From Chiloscyllium plagiosum (lineage: Eukaryota): 64,000 bases of DNA. The notes beneath the pieces were generated by a model. That model was given only the letters and a program-made list of their open reading frames with translations. It had not been told where the DNA came from and ran no database searches. Positions 60,665 through 64,000 of this stretch are shown piece after piece. The position numbers and the translations under genes were made by a program. Positions within the stretch are counted from its first letter, which is position 1. Every line of letters begins with the position of its first letter. The stretch lies in assembly GCF_004010195.1 (NCBI RefSeq), contig NC_057718.1, positions 36,279,188 to 36,343,187 on the forward strand, read 5' to 3'.

Positions 60665-63600
60665 TCAAAGCACAAATAACAAGAGAGCACAGGGACAAGC
60701 CCTTCAGCCCTCCAAGCCTGTGCCAACACATTTTGCCCTTCCATAGTAAAACTGTCTTCACTTACAGTTTTCCTCCGTATCCGTATCCCCCTATTCCCTT
60801 CCTATTCATGTATTCGTCCAGATGTTTCTTGAATGCTGTTGTTGTGTGTGCTTACGCCACCACCTCACATCACACACACTGTCCATGCTCTCATTGCCTC
60901 TGCTAATCTCCTCTCCACTGCTTCCAATCTCATGGTCCCCCAGCCCCACACTGCTTGGCTCTACCTGTTCCTAAAGATCCACAAACCCGACTACCCCGGC
61001 TAACCCATTTTCTCTACATGCTCCTGTACCACTGATCTCATCTCATTCTACTTCAACTCTATCCTCTCCCCCTTCCCACCTACATCCGCAACACCAACCA
61101 CGCCCTCTACCTCTTCAGTAACTTCCAGTTCCCTGACCACCAGCTCTTTATCTTCACTACGGACATGCAGTCCTTATGCACGTCCATTCCCTACAAGGAT
61201 GGTGTTCAGGCCCTCAGCTTCTTCCTCTCCAGTAGCTCCATCCAGCCCCCCTCAAACAATACCCTCCTCCACCTTGCCAAACTGGTCCATAATTTTTCCT
61301 TTAACTCTTCCTACTTCCTCCAAATCCAAGGGGTAGCCATGGGTACCCAGATGGACCCCAGCTATGCCTGCATCTTTGTTGGCTTCGTCAAACAGTCCCT
61401 CTTCAGTACCTACACAGGCACTGTACACTCTTCCACTGTTACATCGATAACCGCACTGGTGCAGCGTCCTTCACTCAGGCTGAACAAGAGCAGTTCATCA
61501 ACTTCACACATAACTTCCACCCGCCCTCAAATTTACTTGATCTATCTCAAACACCTCCCTCCCCTTTCTTGACCTCTCCATTTCCATCTCCAGAAACAGT
61601 CTCCAGATGGACGTTTACTACAAACCTAGGCTTCGATAACTACCTGGACTACACCCGTCCTGCAAGAACTTCATCCCATTCTCCCAATTCCTCTGCCTCC
61701 ACCGCATCTGCTGAGATGAGGAGACATTACACTTGCGAGCATCCCAGATATCCACCTATTTCAAGCAAAGTGCTCTTCCTCCCTCTGTCATCCAGACAGC
61801 CCTCCACTGCACCACCTCCATTCCCCATTCCACTGCTCTAACCCCCCCAATGCAATAAAGTCAGAGTGCCCTTTGTCCTCACCTAACACCACACCTGTCT
61901 CCACATACAATGCATCATCCTTAAACATTTCTGCCAACTCCAACTAGACCCCACCACCAAGAACATCTTCCCTCCCCACCCCTCTTTGTCTTCTGCAAGG
62001 ACCATTTCCTTAACCTGTCCTTGGTTTGCCACCAACACCCCTGAAATCCCAGATACCTTCCCCTGAAACCGGAAAAGATGCAAAACCTGCCAGTACGCCA
62101 CCCTCCTCACCTCCATCCATAGCCCTAAACAGTCCTTCCAGGTGAGACAAAGGCTCACCTGCCTCTCTTCCAACCTAGTTTACTGTATCCGGTGCTCCTG
62201 ATGTAGTCTTCACTCCATCAGTGAGACCAAACGTAAACTGAGCATCTCAGCTGGGCCCGCAGGGGCTGACCTGACACCCCCACCCCCCAAATCACCGCCC
62301 ATTTTAATTCCCCTTCCCACTCTCTTTCCACATGACCATTCTTGCCCTTCTCCATTGCCACAATGAATCAGATCACAAATTGGAGGAACAACACCTCATC
62401 TTCCGCCTGGATAATCTACAGCCCAGAGGACTCAATATTGAGTTCTCCACTTTCACATAACCTCCATTCCCATCACCTGACTCCCTTCCCCACCCTTCCC
62501 CCACCTTACATTCCTCTTATTGACCCTTCCTTCCAGCCACCACTGGATTCATTCCTCTCATTGGCCAACCAGGCCGTACCCTCTACCTGTCTTCACCTAT
62601 CCCCGCCTCACCACCCTCCCACCTCCACCCCCTTTATCTGCAACTCCCCTTACACCCACTGCAAGTCCTGAAGAAGGGTTACACCCGAAACTCAGTTCTC
62701 CACCTCCTGATGCTGCCTGGCTTGCTGTGTTCTTTCAGCCTCCTGCTTGTCTACCTTGGACTCCAGCATCTGCAGTTTTTTGTCTCCACCATCTCCTCTG
62801 GCAGCATGTTCCAGGCACTCGCCACCCTTTGTGTGAAAAAGTTGCCTCACACATCTCTTTTAAAACTTCCCTCCTCTCAGCATGAACCAGTATCCCCTAG
62901 TAATTGACCCCTCCACCCTGGGAAAATGCTCTTACTTTCCACCCTGTCCATGCCATTCACAATCTCATAAACTTCTATCAGGTCGCCCCTCAATCTCCTG
63001 TGTTCCAGTGAAAGCAAACCCAGTCAATCAAACCTTTCTTCAAAGCTGAAATCTCCCATACCAGATAACATCCTGGTAAACCTTTTCTGCACCTTCTTCA
63101 AAGCATCCATATCCTCCTGGTAGTGTGGTGACCAGAACTATATGCAATATTCTGAGTGTGGCCTAGCTGAAGTTCTATAAAGCTGTAGCATAACTTGCCT
63201 GTCCTTATACTCAGTGCCCCTTCCAATGAAGGCAAACATGGCATAGGCCTTTTTGCTACATTATCTAACTGCACTGCCACATTCAGTGATCTGTGGACCT
63301 GCATACCCAGGTCCCATTTTTCTGCCCATGCCTCCAACTGATCTATATCATGCTGTATCCTCTAACAATCCTCCTTGGTCTCCCACAATTCCATCAACAT
63401 TTGTATCATCCGCAAACTTATGAATATTGCTAATAAGTCCATTTGCTTCTAAATGCGTGCAGATCTTGTCCCTGAGAATCTTTTCTAATAATTTCCCTAC
63501 CACCAATGTGAAACTCACAGGTCTGTAATTTCCAGGATAATCCCTGTTACCCTTCTTCATAAATGGGATTGCATTGGCTATTCTCCAGTCCTCTGGGTCC

Positions 63601-63850
63601 TCACCTGTGGCCAAAGGATACAAAGATGTCCATCAATGCTCCAGCAATTCATTCACTTGCCTCCCTCAATATTCTGGGATAGATCCCATCAGGACCCAGG
63701 GACTTATCTACCTTAATACCTTTTAATACGCACAGCACCTCTTCCTTTTTAATAGCTACTTGGCTTAAAATTTGATATCCAATTCTCTGAGATCTCCTTC
63801 CACCAATTGCTTCTCTTTGGTAAATACCGACACAAAGTATTTGTTTAAGA
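60665..63850 (-). mobile_element. CR1 LINE ORF2 region split by a PLE (60870-62785)
   Basis: KSLGPDGIYPRILRE, NYRPVSFT, KFADDT; 3' end at about 60665-60865. Confidence 0.85.
60870..62785 (+). mobile_element. Penelope-like element, degraded RT plus GIY-YIG plus pLTR
   Basis: DMQSLCTSIP, QIQGVAMGTQMDPSYACIFVG, RYIDN; NLVYCIRC..ISETKR near 62170-62235; CTGAAGAAGGGTTACACCCGAAAC at 62668-62691. Confidence 0.88.
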
Positions 63851-63854
63851 GGAA

Positions 63855-64000
63855 CCAAAGATCTGTCTTCTCAATTCCAAATATATTCGTCAAAAAACAT
63901 CCACAATCTTCTGAGTAAAGAATTCCAAAGATTCACAATCTTTCGAATGAAGAATTTTCTCCTCATGTCAGTCCTAAATGAACAGTTTCTTATCTTAAAA
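63855..64000 (-). mobile_element. Degraded CR1 3' fragment
   Basis: AAGAATTCCAAAGATTCACAA..GAAGAATTTTCTCCTCAT..GTCCTAAATG is the typical CR1 ORF2 end on the minus strand. Confidence 0.55.

Overview
Eukaryotic, repeat-dense window with no recognisable host protein-coding gene. The repeat set (HE1-type tRNA SINEs, CR1/HER1-like LINEs, SacSINE-like SINEs, several Penelope-like families) points to a cartilaginous fish, probably a shark; this is inferred from recognition, not from a search. Bases 1-3716 are the 3' half of a defective class I (gamma/epsilon-like) endogenous retrovirus: RT, RNase H and integrase, a large deletion fusing integrase to the env TM stump, a PPT, and a 3' LTR with a CpG-rich 43-bp enhancer array. 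The rest is a nested mosaic of CR1 LINEs, Penelope-like elements (PLEs) with minimal hammerhead ribozymes, Harbinger remnants, a Gypsy remnant, a solo LTR, a Rex1/Babar LINE, a TA-flanked MITE and SINEs. All three N gaps fall inside PLEs. Most unusual observations: (1) a PLE-ended insertion with a target-site duplication (TSD) carrying a diverged copy of sequence from about 1.9 kb upstream; (2) three palindromic PLE-end mini-elements; (3) a LINE that appears to carry a tRNA-SINE head and no ORF1; (4) a CR1 with twin-priming geometry; (5) the LTR enhancer array. Family names and most boundaries are by eye and approximate.
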